64,000 bases of DNA from a virus, in the IMG/VR virus record IMGVR_UViG_3300025168_000043, positions 32,377-96,376 of that record, one strand, 5' to 3'. Positions 22,901-31,925 of the stretch are shown here, piece after piece. Each line of letters begins with the position of its first letter. The stretch's first letter is position 1. A program made the translations under genes and the position numbers. The notes under the pieces are model-generated. The model was not told the DNA's origin. It saw only the letters and a list, made by a program, of their open reading frames with translations, and did not search any database.

Positions 22901-23707
22901 GATGACCCGAGGACCAATAAAAACTGGTTTACTGTTCTAGAAAATAAAGGCTTTGATCTAATCAGTTCTTCGCAGTATACAGGTTTGTATTATTTTAACT
23001 ATAACCATATTAATCAAATAGAAGTATTGGTTGGATTTGAAAAAGATAGGAATGAAAATATTCAAGCTTCTGCTCCTATCTATAGAATGCTCACAAAGGA
23101 GGTGTTTGATAGAATATCTGATGCTGGGAGACCATTTGTGTGTCGTCTTCGCCCCGCTACTATACCATATTTTGGAAAAAGTAGAAAGTTGAGTCTGCCA
23201 GAATATAACACAACTTTTATTCTAAGTTCCCGAACGAACCAGAGAGACCTTACTGCTGATGCCGAACTGGTGGAACTACAGGATGAATCTGGTGAGGATT
23301 TTGATTTTGAAACACCGGAAGAATCAATATTCATAAGTCGTTTAACAGAATATGAAGATTTAGATACAACTGGGCGCCGAGTACTTCGAAGGTTAATACG
23401 AAGAAACACTCGGTTATCTGGATTGTTACCAGAATTCACTTCCAACACCTTTATCCAACAACCAAGAAGAATTTCAAGAACTGGCGCTACATTTGGTATC
23501 GAAACAGACCAGACACAAGGCCAAGCACAATCTGGGGTAGTTAGCGAAGCCGTCGCGACCGGTCAAAGAACAAGAACACCCCGTGCTCCAACAGGCGCCA
23601 CGTCTACTACAACACCAGCCCGCGCCCAATCTACCACAACCGCATCACCGAACTCGCCGGCCACAATGTCTTCTCCGTCTACAACTCCATCTGGAGGAGG
23701 TTATTAA
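19934..23707 (+). CDS. Large basic hypothetical protein with His-rich motif and Ser/Thr-rich GGGY C-terminus
   Basis: 1257-aa ORF, SD gagg, upstream ACTACTTA motif; WAGPIHYH...MAGAFH...AHPRL. Confidence 0.55.
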   Translation: MQIQVDFPSIFNTALPKVYIKKVTLLPNTTPGSRNGVSYDLESDDGLQKNKYGKKKPKKISPRFRDVSPAGRSLEIKTEVTIKERIKQDGDTTWYNNSEFNEFLNLKIVLARTQDAIENLEDGNFTPKYLKKLKRRSQVIEKNISLRKNETPILDQKVESIDGKKVYSTTYEVTFEIPSYRPRNLSVFAATFVDLREYYLHKSPGVKSSRRFFQGTAVSQRVIKAGEVPTGSSIYLLPDKKLWAGPIHYHEPSGFMAGAFHGPQAHPRLEKRKVPNLVVRDFRVLEDIKQSDFLLRPEKKRLNKKLENKRAKGNRIIKKNLYITEPEYAFNEINQLRFIFHLDMYKVIAEKSQFGACFRRADASAKRRIMNNTRIKNLFVLRSRVKQGLSKNEVVTLNDLEQQSLVAQSGESKRNVVQPRRTKKSLNPALEDSEKVVTGGIREIKLGVEGSEGIRTFTVSDFDMSKRTDGLYSYSVDFEIQDGTAIFVNDQRNKLTQAIGTLTEYYGVASRAENTNKTTGLFTEDFIKEMEEIYKIPEFRDVNVPNRRRRRRAVQSSIAKAPWLNAIAVYSDVMRNLTNARQSDIVRASLLLHSLVEPSSGSVTGIEKMLEMLQLAQSKLSFAAIGGKNRSGTPLSKTNIPMIDEVDYNAKTSAFKGKLSKSAIRLTKKFKTVHDSNIQNFVGYDFLNLQRSKNLGLRVITTDQLSQRLSLENQKYFSRNAAAEVLQPPVGDSQTPEDFTRFINLEDAYYSYLTPAVVYHGKKRLKLVGRGRRLWNVSQYDSMITNLVNSSKERDSLSSKKKEVFRGPKTTPYIPSLSPIEYRADYRPNKAKVNMDTYETNVVNASLISKYGVTLTTKKTENIFTIAEDNYYGLEERERKNLRSKKYLGESTLFTNDFLANKFAKMPIDDNQLRDFTSVSTLFVKSNIQSTDGGLSNKKKKTIKLFRPSDERNIIDKELEKYDDKKNPQAKKQRFISKIPNQIKSIFMGDDPRTNKNWFTVLENKGFDLISSSQYTGLYYFNYNHINQIEVLVGFEKDRNENIQASAPIYRMLTKEVFDRISDAGRPFVCRLRPATIPYFGKSRKLSLPEYNTTFILSSRTNQRDLTADAELVELQDESGEDFDFETPEESIFISRLTEYEDLDTTGRRVLRRLIRRNTRLSGLLPEFTSNTFIQQPRRISRTGATFGIETDQTQGQAQSGVVSEAVATGQRTRTPRAPTGATSTTTPARAQSTTTASPNSPATMSSPSTTPSGGGY

Positions 23708-26232
23708 TGGCTAAAAAAACTACAAGATTCGCAAATCCAAGTGTCATGAATACTCAAGATAGATTCCGCGCAATATTTGGCCGTTGGACCCAAAACCAAA
23801 ATGGCATAAATTTTTCTGTACTTGAAAATGATAGCACGGTTAAGCTTGATAAAATATTTGATCCTGTCCCACTAGAGGCGGACATCGCGTCCGGTAACAT
23901 ATCGTTGGCTGATGGCACGGAAAGTTTTACAGATGTTATAACTGGTGCCCCTAGCGACGACGTGGATCCCGGTGTTGCAGTCGCAGAGTTACGAGCAGAG
24001 AATATAGACCGCCCGGCCGGCTCCGTTAGTGGCAGAACAGGCAACCCAATTCCGTTCAACCCATACCCAACGTTAGTACCTACGCATGTACAAACAATAA
24101 GATTGTTGGACACTAGAGATAAAGATGCTACTACTGATCAATCATGGATTGATATTGTTAACAATCTTTTTGATCCTACTATAGTATATGAAGACTTTGT
24201 AACTTCATTTGATGCCCCTATTACAAAAGAAGAAATGTTGAATGTAGAGGGCTCGGCTGCTTCATCCCCGGCTGCAATAAACTATGTATATAACTTTAGT
24301 GACGCTAACTTCGAAAGAATAGCAGCAGTAGTAACTAACCACGTCGTTCTCCCAGATTTATACTCTATGTTTGACGAAAGCACAAAAGTAGGCACCGCAA
24401 AACAAGATGGCACTAGGGATATTGATGTGCTAAAGTCTCCTACCGCGAAACAGTTAAGGCGCAATATAAGAAACAGAAGCCAAAGATTAAGTCTTCAAAA
24501 CAAAATAGTTCCGATTGAAAACATGCCATTGTTAGCAGATTATGAAGGCAGTAAATATTTGTTTCAAATGTATGTGGATATGAATATACCTATTGATAAG
24601 AATAAGAAATTTGCTAAGGTGATGAAAGATAGCACAATGGGAATAGCCTTAACTAGAGACATAGAGGGTGTACCTGATGTGGCATCACAATTAAAATCTG
24701 AACCTTTTATTTTTTCGACGCAAGTTATAGCCAAACGATCAGGGCTGGAAGAAACCAGCGTTTCTGAAATACCAGTTAAAACATTAAATCTTTTAGACTG
24801 GACTTTAATCGACGCGCCATCATATGCTCCGGACGTGGAAACATCATACCCACCACCAAATAATTTTAGTTTTGTTGGCATTAACTCTGGCCAGTCATAT
24901 CTTAATGGGCCACCCGGCTCAAAATCCAACGCGCTAGAACTTACCGGCCTGTATGACCAACTCACAAAGCTTCCAATCGGGTTTAACTCAGTTAGTACAG
25001 CAGTTGCTAATAATGATGCCTTCGCTCTAGCATTAGAGGGTTGCTATGACGGGCTGAAAGATCTTGCAGATGATAATAGGCGAACATTTCAAGATCTAAT
25101 AGATGGCAACGAAGCGTATTCTGAAATGCTTATGTACAAGGTTGAGAAGAGGCTAGGACCGGTTCAGCCAGTATTACAAGATCCAATACAAACATTTCAT
25201 TTTATGAACTCTGCTGAGGTTGAAGAATTTTTGTCAAATGAAAATCAGTTCAAGTTTGTGGACACGCAAGTTAAATACGGCACTGAATACATCTATACAG
25301 TAACTGGGTACAGAGCAGTCATTGGAACTCGCTACCAGTATGGTACTCCAACCACAGTCTCGGACTCGTTTGAGAGTCCAAATAACCGCACTGCTTCAGT
25401 GCCCATCTTTACAACCCCAACGATAAAGCTAATAGAAGTACCTCTCTTGTCATCAACAGGAAGAATATTTGATAATCCTCCATTAAAACCAGAGATTAGA
25501 TTTTTCCCGGTTGTTGATGATAGAAACAGTGTTAAGATGTTTTTTACCACATCTACAGGCCAAGAAGATGTTAAACCTATAGCCTTTAATCAGGAAGAGG
25601 CTAATGAACATGCACAAGTGGCCATCAATCAAAATAGAAATGATGGTAAGCTCACCTTTAAGACTGATGACTCAGCATCGGCTTTCGAGATATACCGAAT
25701 ATCTCAAATCCCAGCTACTATTGATGATTTTGCAGGACAGTTATTTGCAACAGTTCTGACTAGTTCACCGACTAATGTGCCTTTGAACGGTTCGTCAGCG
25801 ACAGCTTTAGTATCTCAGGTTCCAAATCAAAAATATTATTATGTATTTCGGACAGTAGATACACATGGTCATAAATCTAATCCAAGCTCGGTTTTTGAAA
25901 TAGAACTATATAATGATGGAGGGGCAGGATACCCAATCATAAGACATTATGATATGGCCTCACCTGACCCTACAATAACCACCAAATCTGCAAGAAAAAT
26001 AATACAGATTGTTCCAAGGATATCTCAGGCATACCTAAATGAAGAAAGCTCGGGCCTCCGCGATGATGACAATGCATTGCAGCCCGCCGGCGGAAACAGA
26101 AATATAAAACTTGGGACCGAAGAAGAATCATTATTTGGGAAGAAATTTAAGGTGCGACTAACATCTAAATCAACTGGCAAGAAACTTGATTTAAATATAA
26201 ATTTTAAGACAAAACAACTCAAGAGTTCATAG
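23707..26232 (+). CDS. Hypothetical structural protein with fibronectin-III-like segments
   Basis: 841 aa, coupled TAATG start; FVDTQVKYGTEYIYTV and PNQKYYYVFRTVDTHGHKSNPS resemble FN3 ends. Confidence 0.5.
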   Translation: MAKKTTRFANPSVMNTQDRFRAIFGRWTQNQNGINFSVLENDSTVKLDKIFDPVPLEADIASGNISLADGTESFTDVITGAPSDDVDPGVAVAELRAENIDRPAGSVSGRTGNPIPFNPYPTLVPTHVQTIRLLDTRDKDATTDQSWIDIVNNLFDPTIVYEDFVTSFDAPITKEEMLNVEGSAASSPAAINYVYNFSDANFERIAAVVTNHVVLPDLYSMFDESTKVGTAKQDGTRDIDVLKSPTAKQLRRNIRNRSQRLSLQNKIVPIENMPLLADYEGSKYLFQMYVDMNIPIDKNKKFAKVMKDSTMGIALTRDIEGVPDVASQLKSEPFIFSTQVIAKRSGLEETSVSEIPVKTLNLLDWTLIDAPSYAPDVETSYPPPNNFSFVGINSGQSYLNGPPGSKSNALELTGLYDQLTKLPIGFNSVSTAVANNDAFALALEGCYDGLKDLADDNRRTFQDLIDGNEAYSEMLMYKVEKRLGPVQPVLQDPIQTFHFMNSAEVEEFLSNENQFKFVDTQVKYGTEYIYTVTGYRAVIGTRYQYGTPTTVSDSFESPNNRTASVPIFTTPTIKLIEVPLLSSTGRIFDNPPLKPEIRFFPVVDDRNSVKMFFTTSTGQEDVKPIAFNQEEANEHAQVAINQNRNDGKLTFKTDDSASAFEIYRISQIPATIDDFAGQLFATVLTSSPTNVPLNGSSATALVSQVPNQKYYYVFRTVDTHGHKSNPSSVFEIELYNDGGAGYPIIRHYDMASPDPTITTKSARKIIQIVPRISQAYLNEESSGLRDDDNALQPAGGNRNIKLGTEEESLFGKKFKVRLTSKSTGKKLDLNINFKTKQLKSS

Positions 26233-26291
26233 AATGAGAGAAAACCTTTTTAATATACTATTTATTATGATCGCTGTAGGAGAGGAAACGA

Positions 26292-27233
26292 ATGGCTTTT
26301 TTAGATAATTCGGGTGATATTATACTCGACGCTGTATTGACTGATACTGGTCGCATGAGATTGGCTGCGGGAGATGGTAGTTTCAAGATTGTTAAGTTTG
26401 CGCTTGGCGATGATGAAATCAACTACGAACTTTATAACAAAAACAACGCTAGCGGATCTGCTTATTATGATCTTGAGATTTTGCAATCGCCTGTATTGGA
26501 GGCTTTTACTGATAATGCTTCTTCTATGAAGTCTAAGCTTATATCAATCCCAAGAAATAACTTATTATATCTTCCAGTACTAGCTCTTAACGAAGTTTTT
26601 GATACAACAGCAACTGCTAAACACTCTAGTGGGTTCTTCCTCGTCGCAGTTGATTCCGACACACAGACGGAGCTAGAGGCAAACTCCACCGGCACGTCAG
26701 TCGCTGGTGTTCTTTTTGGAGAGGATCCTGCTGCAAATGGTAACCGCGTTCGCGTTGATCAAGGATTAAACACAACTGCCATATCCCCCGGCCGCACAAT
26801 GCCACCAGTTCTACTGGAAACACAATACCAAATCGAGATGGATAACAGGCTTGGCTTCATCGTTAGTCCTCAAATGGCTCAACCAGCCTCAGTGTCTTTT
26901 GTGGATGACGATAATATGGCAACATATTATTTGTCTAGAGGTACTGATGCTGAATATGTACGCAACAATACTGACACTACTAACTCTTCAAATCAAGTTA
27001 TTAAAGGTCCTCGCGGAACTTTTATTGTTTTTAAAGTTAACTCGTCCTTGGAACTAAATACATCTGATTATTTGTTCGATACGATTGGGTCAACAGAAAC
27101 CATTTCAACTTCGAAAACAGCTAGTCAAGAGTTTAAAACCATCAGATCAAATATTAGAATCACTGGAGTTAATACTGGATACCGTATCGACATTCCGGTT
27201 AAATTCTGCAAGAAACATGGATCACCAATCTAA
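26292..27233 (+). CDS. Virion structural protein (baseplate/tail-fibre collar-like N-terminus)
   Basis: MAFLDNSGDIILDAVLTDTGRMRLAAGDGSFKIVKFALGDDEINY; late motif at 26256; SD gagg. Confidence 0.6.
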   Translation: MAFLDNSGDIILDAVLTDTGRMRLAAGDGSFKIVKFALGDDEINYELYNKNNASGSAYYDLEILQSPVLEAFTDNASSMKSKLISIPRNNLLYLPVLALNEVFDTTATAKHSSGFFLVAVDSDTQTELEANSTGTSVAGVLFGEDPAANGNRVRVDQGLNTTAISPGRTMPPVLLETQYQIEMDNRLGFIVSPQMAQPASVSFVDDDNMATYYLSRGTDAEYVRNNTDTTNSSNQVIKGPRGTFIVFKVNSSLELNTSDYLFDTIGSTETISTSKTASQEFKTIRSNIRITGVNTGYRIDIPVKFCKKHGSPI

Positions 27234-27249
27234 AGGATAAGGATTAATA

Positions 27250-28386
27250 ATGGCTACGACATTTAAAAACTTTCAGAGCAACGATTTAGCACAAACCAGA
27301 ACCCTTCTCCACGAGGCAATCCCAATCACAGGTTCTATTGTATCGGGTACTTACGCTGAAGATAATATTAAAACTTATGGGCACGGAATGTTTTCTAGTG
27401 TTTATGATTACCCTTTCTTAAGTTCTTCTGCTAACCATATATTTGATACATCTGTTGGGATCTCAGCAGATTCTACAATATTCGCTACACTTACAAGCCA
27501 ACAAGATAAGAAAAAGAATATTTATAATCAAATGGCTCAATATTTGGTGGGATATGATGATACTGGGTCGATTAAGAGATTCACGATTCCGGAGTCTTCC
27601 TCTGCCGGTCTCGCTGCCGGGATAGCCATGAATGATGTTTATTTTATTCCATTCGCTAGACTTCTATCAAAAGACGAGGTAAAGAAAGGTTCGTTTAACT
27701 TTGAAGTTGCAGTTAGTGCTAGTCATGGTCATGGTGGCCAACTATTCCAAGAAAGAATCAAACTGACAGACCACTCTGGGTCTGATGGTTATTATGTTGA
27801 TTCGCCTGCCGGCGAATACGGCATTCTTTATGCTTCAACTTCGATTGGTAATGTATCCTTTGTTAATGGTGAAGATTCAACAACAGGTACGCAACCTCCC
27901 GCTGGCCTTATTTATTATCAAGCCGGAATAGCTGTTGTATCTGGTTCAATCTTTAATACTACTAACTCTGGTGGCTTGTTGCGAAACTTAGACGCTGCCT
28001 ATTCTGTTATAAACGGCTGTGAACTAGGCGCCGGCTTTAGCAGATCGGGATTTGCAGCAGTTACAGCTTCTACTATTGATACTATGAATACCGGATTAAG
28101 AAACAGAATATTTAATATTTCATTCAATAATACAACTGAGCTTAACTCAACAATTTACTTCTGTCGAGCAAGTCACACTGATTTTAACTATAGTTCAAAT
28201 CCAACTTATCTAAGTGGAAGTGAAATCAGGGTGAAAACGCGCCCATCTGATACGCCCGTTGCATACTTTACCTCTATTGGCTTGTACTCCGCAGACAACG
28301 AGTTGCTAGCAGTCGCCAAGTTGTCCGAGCCACTCCGTAAGGATCCCACGAATGAGTTAACACTCCGAGTGAGGCTTGACTACTAG
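27250..28386 (+). CDS. Virion structural protein (tail-collar-like C-terminus)
   Basis: C-terminal YFTSIGLYSADNELLAVAKLSEPLRKDPTNELTLRVRLDY. Confidence 0.6.
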   Translation: MATTFKNFQSNDLAQTRTLLHEAIPITGSIVSGTYAEDNIKTYGHGMFSSVYDYPFLSSSANHIFDTSVGISADSTIFATLTSQQDKKKNIYNQMAQYLVGYDDTGSIKRFTIPESSSAGLAAGIAMNDVYFIPFARLLSKDEVKKGSFNFEVAVSASHGHGGQLFQERIKLTDHSGSDGYYVDSPAGEYGILYASTSIGNVSFVNGEDSTTGTQPPAGLIYYQAGIAVVSGSIFNTTNSGGLLRNLDAAYSVINGCELGAGFSRSGFAAVTASTIDTMNTGLRNRIFNISFNNTTELNSTIYFCRASHTDFNYSSNPTYLSGSEIRVKTRPSDTPVAYFTSIGLYSADNELLAVAKLSEPLRKDPTNELTLRVRLDY

Positions 28387-28397
28387 GAGGTGCGAGT

Positions 28398-29690
28398 ATG
28401 CCTCTTTATAAGTTTGGGGCCGGGGATGTATTTTACAATCAGTTAAGAACATATCCCAGTAGCTCGTTTTATATATATTCGGGTAGCGTTTATTATCAAA
28501 ACAAGTCAACCGAAGTGGGCTCCACTGTTGCAAACGTCAATGGTGTCCCTATTGGCAACGTGAGCTTGTTTGAGCTTAATGTTGACCGCGCCGCAACCTC
28601 TACTGGCAGAATCATCGGTTTATCCTCATCTGTTGGTACACAAAACGTTGTGGATAACGGAACAATATATCCTTTCATAGAAAAAGGGTTATCCAAAGTA
28701 GGCTTCAAAGGTCTTACAAGAAAACAGTTTATCAACGACTATGCCCAAGGCGACGTTATAACCGGCTCCTATTTTATGTCTTCCAGCATAACAAGAAGAT
28801 TGTATGCCTCAACCGCTGGTTTTAATGATACAAATAAAGACGGTGCTGCCTTGCGAAACAGTCTAGATTTTGCAAAACGATTAGGTCCGCACTATAACTT
28901 CCCATCGGGGTCTTCAGCAATTTTTACTAATGTTATTTATATCCCTTCTATTTTTTACGGATCAGAGATTAAGAAAGGCACTGTAGATCTTAAGTTTTAT
29001 ATCACAGGTACTCTTGTTGCCCACTGCCGAGACTCAAGATATGACGGCGCCCTTATTATGCAAGGAGATGCTGATTCTGCTCACTCCACACGCGCAACTG
29101 ATGGTTTGACAGTTGGGTGCGTACTATATAACGAAGGCGCAATAATATTGACCAGTTCCGCCCGTATTTCGGATTTAGCATCTAGTCCAAATATTAAAGC
29201 ATATTCTAATAGAACAAACACCACAACGTCAGATGCAGGTGGAAAATATACTTGGGAGCATTTTGGCCTTGGCTTACCCCAAGGTAATGACACATCATTA
29301 GAGCGCCTAACTACGCAAGCCTTTTTACAAAGCGCATCCTTTGGTTTAGAGTTCGCAGGCACCCACAAAATCCCAACCGTCACAATGCTTGCCAATGCAA
29401 ACCGAGGCGAGCTAAACTATACAAATAATCCAACGTATATTGAGTTCGGCCAAACAACTTACAACCCAGTAACAAGTTCTACATTCTTTGGCGAACAGCA
29501 GTTGAATATCAAGAATATTCACTCTTCTTCCTATTCGGATCCTACTGGAAGCCTAAAGAAAACCACATATATTACAAAGATTGGTATTTACGATGATAAG
29601 AAAAAACTTATTGGTATTGCATCTGTTGCCAAGCCTGTCAAGAAAACTGAAGATAGAGACTTGACATTTAAAATAAAACTTGACATCTAA
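28398..29690 (+). CDS. Virion structural protein, paralog of 27250..28386
   Basis: Shared NY(S/T)(S/N)NPTY, EIKKG(S/T) and YITKIGIYDDKKKLIGIASVAKPVKK...KIKLDI motifs. Confidence 0.6.
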   Translation: MPLYKFGAGDVFYNQLRTYPSSSFYIYSGSVYYQNKSTEVGSTVANVNGVPIGNVSLFELNVDRAATSTGRIIGLSSSVGTQNVVDNGTIYPFIEKGLSKVGFKGLTRKQFINDYAQGDVITGSYFMSSSITRRLYASTAGFNDTNKDGAALRNSLDFAKRLGPHYNFPSGSSAIFTNVIYIPSIFYGSEIKKGTVDLKFYITGTLVAHCRDSRYDGALIMQGDADSAHSTRATDGLTVGCVLYNEGAIILTSSARISDLASSPNIKAYSNRTNTTTSDAGGKYTWEHFGLGLPQGNDTSLERLTTQAFLQSASFGLEFAGTHKIPTVTMLANANRGELNYTNNPTYIEFGQTTYNPVTSSTFFGEQQLNIKNIHSSSYSDPTGSLKKTTYITKIGIYDDKKKLIGIASVAKPVKKTEDRDLTFKIKLDI

Positions 29691-29708
29691 ATATAATCGT
29701 GTTATAAT
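29680..29708 (+). promoter_or_regulatory. Consensus sigma70 promoter (early/middle) for the RuvC-primase unit
   Basis: TTGACA (29680-85), 17 bp spacer, TATAAT (29703-08), with TG extension. Confidence 0.85.
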
Positions 29709-29713
29709 ATAGT

Positions 29714-30241
29714 ATGATACTTGGTTTAGACATTTCCACAAGCATTACTGGATACACTCTCCTAGACGGAGATAAGATAATCCTTAATGGTGCTTGGGAC
29801 ACAAGAAAATACAAAGACTTTTTTAAAAAGGTCGTTCATGTTAGGGACGGCCTTGAAATTATAAGGAAAGAATATGGAACACGGATTACAGCAGTTTACA
29901 TCGAGCAGTCGCTCCAATCATTCAGGTCAGGGTTTTCGTCTGCAAAAACTCTCTCCACTCTTTCTCGTTTTAATGGCATCGTCTCTTGGTTGGTTTTTGA
30001 TCAATACAAAATCACGCCTGAATACCTCGCGGCTACGTCTGCCAGAAAACTTTGTGGCATCAAAGTTCCCCGAGGACAAAAGGCAAAACAAGTTGTTTTA
30101 AACTTTTTGGTTGACAACGAGCCTGCTTTCGTGTTAGAATATACTCGTAACGGTAATCCTAAGCCCGAGTGCTACGATAAAGCAGACTCAATAGTGATTG
30201 CCAAGGCGGGGGCCATATGCGAGCAGAAAAACTCAAAATAA
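29714..30241 (+). CDS. RuvC-like Holliday junction resolvase
   Basis: MILGLDISTSITGY, VYIEQ, and DKADSIVIA acidic catalytic motifs of the RNase H/RuvC fold. Confidence 0.85.
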   Translation: MILGLDISTSITGYTLLDGDKIILNGAWDTRKYKDFFKKVVHVRDGLEIIRKEYGTRITAVYIEQSLQSFRSGFSSAKTLSTLSRFNGIVSWLVFDQYKITPEYLAATSARKLCGIKVPRGQKAKQVVLNFLVDNEPAFVLEYTRNGNPKPECYDKADSIVIAKAGAICEQKNSK

Positions 30242-31146
30242 TAAAGAATGTTCTTGGACGAGGTTACCAGTCTGGTGATGAACACCTATTCGGCTGTCCG
30301 TTCTGTGGTCATCATAAGAAGAAGATGTCCGTTAATGTGGACAAATCTGTGTTCAAGTGTTGGATTTGTGACAAGTCAGGCCGTGATCTAGGCTACATTG
30401 TCCGCAAGTTTGGAACCAGAGAAGATCGTGACGAATGGTCCAAGTATGACGACCGTGTTGAGATCACAGATTTTGACTTCTTATTTGCGGAGCCTGAAGC
30501 CCCTTCTGAGCAACGCGTTGATTTACCCGAGCAGTTAGTCAGCTTAACGGGCAAGACGCCTTCTGTGGCCTCACAGATAGCTTTAAACTACTTATCAAAG
30601 CGTGGGATCACAAGAGACGACATCCTCAAATGGAAAATCGGTTATTGTCCTGACGGAGAGTATGCTGGTCGTGTGGTGGTGCCATCGTTTAACGAGAACG
30701 GCTATGCAAACTATTTTATTGCACGCTCATACGGCCAAGCTTGGCCAAGATACAAGAACCCACCTGCCTCCCGTGACATTATTTTCAATGAACTGTATGT
30801 AAATTGGGACGAGGACATAATTATAGTAGAGGGCGTCTTTGATGCCATAAAGGCTGGTAATGCAATTCCTCTTCTTGGATCAACGCTTCGCGAGAACTCT
30901 GCTCTTTTTCAAACCATTGTTAAAAGTGGGAATAGGGTGTTTCTGGCTTTGGATGAAGATGCATCCAAAAAAGCACGCAGCATTGCTCGCTTATTACTCA
31001 AGTATGGGGTAGAAGTTGGCCAGATAGATACATCTGGTGTCGAGGATGTCGGAGAGATGTCAAAAGAAGAATTTAAGCACAGGAAAAACAACGCGGCGAT
31101 TATAGAGAAAGACAACTATTTATTGCAAAGGCTTTTTGCCGTTTAA
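30217..31146 (+). CDS. DNA primase (Zn finger + TOPRIM)
   Basis: CPFCGHH...FKCWIC zinc finger; YKNP; IIVEGVFDAI and LALDED TOPRIM motifs. Confidence 0.88.
   Translation: MRAEKLKIIKNVLGRGYQSGDEHLFGCPFCGHHKKKMSVNVDKSVFKCWICDKSGRDLGYIVRKFGTREDRDEWSKYDDRVEITDFDFLFAEPEAPSEQRVDLPEQLVSLTGKTPSVASQIALNYLSKRGITRDDILKWKIGYCPDGEYAGRVVVPSFNENGYANYFIARSYGQAWPRYKNPPASRDIIFNELYVNWDEDIIIVEGVFDAIKAGNAIPLLGSTLRENSALFQTIVKSGNRVFLALDEDASKKARSIARLLLKYGVEVGQIDTSGVEDVGEMSKEEFKHRKNNAAIIEKDNYLLQRLFAV
31114..31123 (+). promoter_or_regulatory. Putative phage late promoter driving the leader-tagged gene array
   Basis: AACTATTTAT within primase 3' end, about 35 nt before 31159. Confidence 0.6.
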
Positions 31147-31158
31147 AGGAATAATGTT

Positions 31159-31413
31159 ATGAAAGTGACTCGGAAACAACTAAAACAGATTATCAAGGAA
31201 GAGTTAGAAGCTTCATTGGTGCAAGAAGCAGAAGGTGAGACGCCTCAAGATGTGGCTGATCGGCTCAAGAATATACCCGCCAGCTTTAGAATGAGTGTCC
31301 TAAACGACTTCCGCAACATGGCTGATGGTGACACAGAGATGGCAGAGTTCTATCCTCACGTTAAAGATCTTGCTGCTTTCGGCAAAGAAGTGCTACGATT
31401 GTTGGGCGCGTAA
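31159..31413 (+). CDS. Putative internal head (cargo) protein with conserved N-terminal leader
   Basis: MKVTRKQLKQIIKEELE...LVQE; SD aagga. Confidence 0.6.
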   Translation: MKVTRKQLKQIIKEELEASLVQEAEGETPQDVADRLKNIPASFRMSVLNDFRNMADGDTEMAEFYPHVKDLAAFGKEVLRLLGA

Positions 31414-31415
31414 AG

Positions 31416-31913
31416 ATGAAAACCACCAGATCTCAGCTAAGACAAATCATCAAAGAAGAAATAAACAGTATGCTGAACCGGCCAAGAACCGCAGAGCAGT
31501 TTCTGAAAATGATCAAGTCTCAGTTCAGGCTCGCGGGAACACGAAAAACTCTTGAAACGATGGCTAAATACTATGACGCAATGATTAAAGCCGCAGCCGA
31601 AAGAGCACCACTCAAGCCCAGTGACCCAAAAGAGATCGCAGCAGAGATTGGCATTGGACAGGATAGTCCTTATCTACAGTGGACAACCTTTCATCTAAAT
31701 AAGCTTCAGCAAGTACCTAGAGAGGCTTACGAAATGCTGCCCGCAAGTGATGAACTCACTGCTATGCATTATGACCGTCTCACAATAAAAGATAAAAAGC
31801 GCGCAGACCGAGATGCAGAGTTATCTCGCCCACGGTCACCGGAAGAGAAAGAAGCCGCTGCTGCCAAGTTCGGCCAAGATATGGCCGCAGGAAAATACGG
31901 TCCACTGGACTAA
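31416..31913 (+). CDS. Putative internal head (cargo) protein with conserved N-terminal leader
   Basis: MKTTRSQLRQIIKEEIN. Confidence 0.6.
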   Translation: MKTTRSQLRQIIKEEINSMLNRPRTAEQFLKMIKSQFRLAGTRKTLETMAKYYDAMIKAAAERAPLKPSDPKEIAAEIGIGQDSPYLQWTTFHLNKLQQVPREAYEMLPASDELTAMHYDRLTIKDKKRADRDAELSRPRSPEEKEAAAAKFGQDMAAGKYGPLD

Positions 31914-31925
31914 GGAATCATATCG

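Noticed and set aside
29714-30241. TnpB/Cas12-like or transposase RuvC
   Set aside because: Only 175 aa, with no zinc finger, no guide locus and no IS ends; it is coupled to primase like a standard resolvase.
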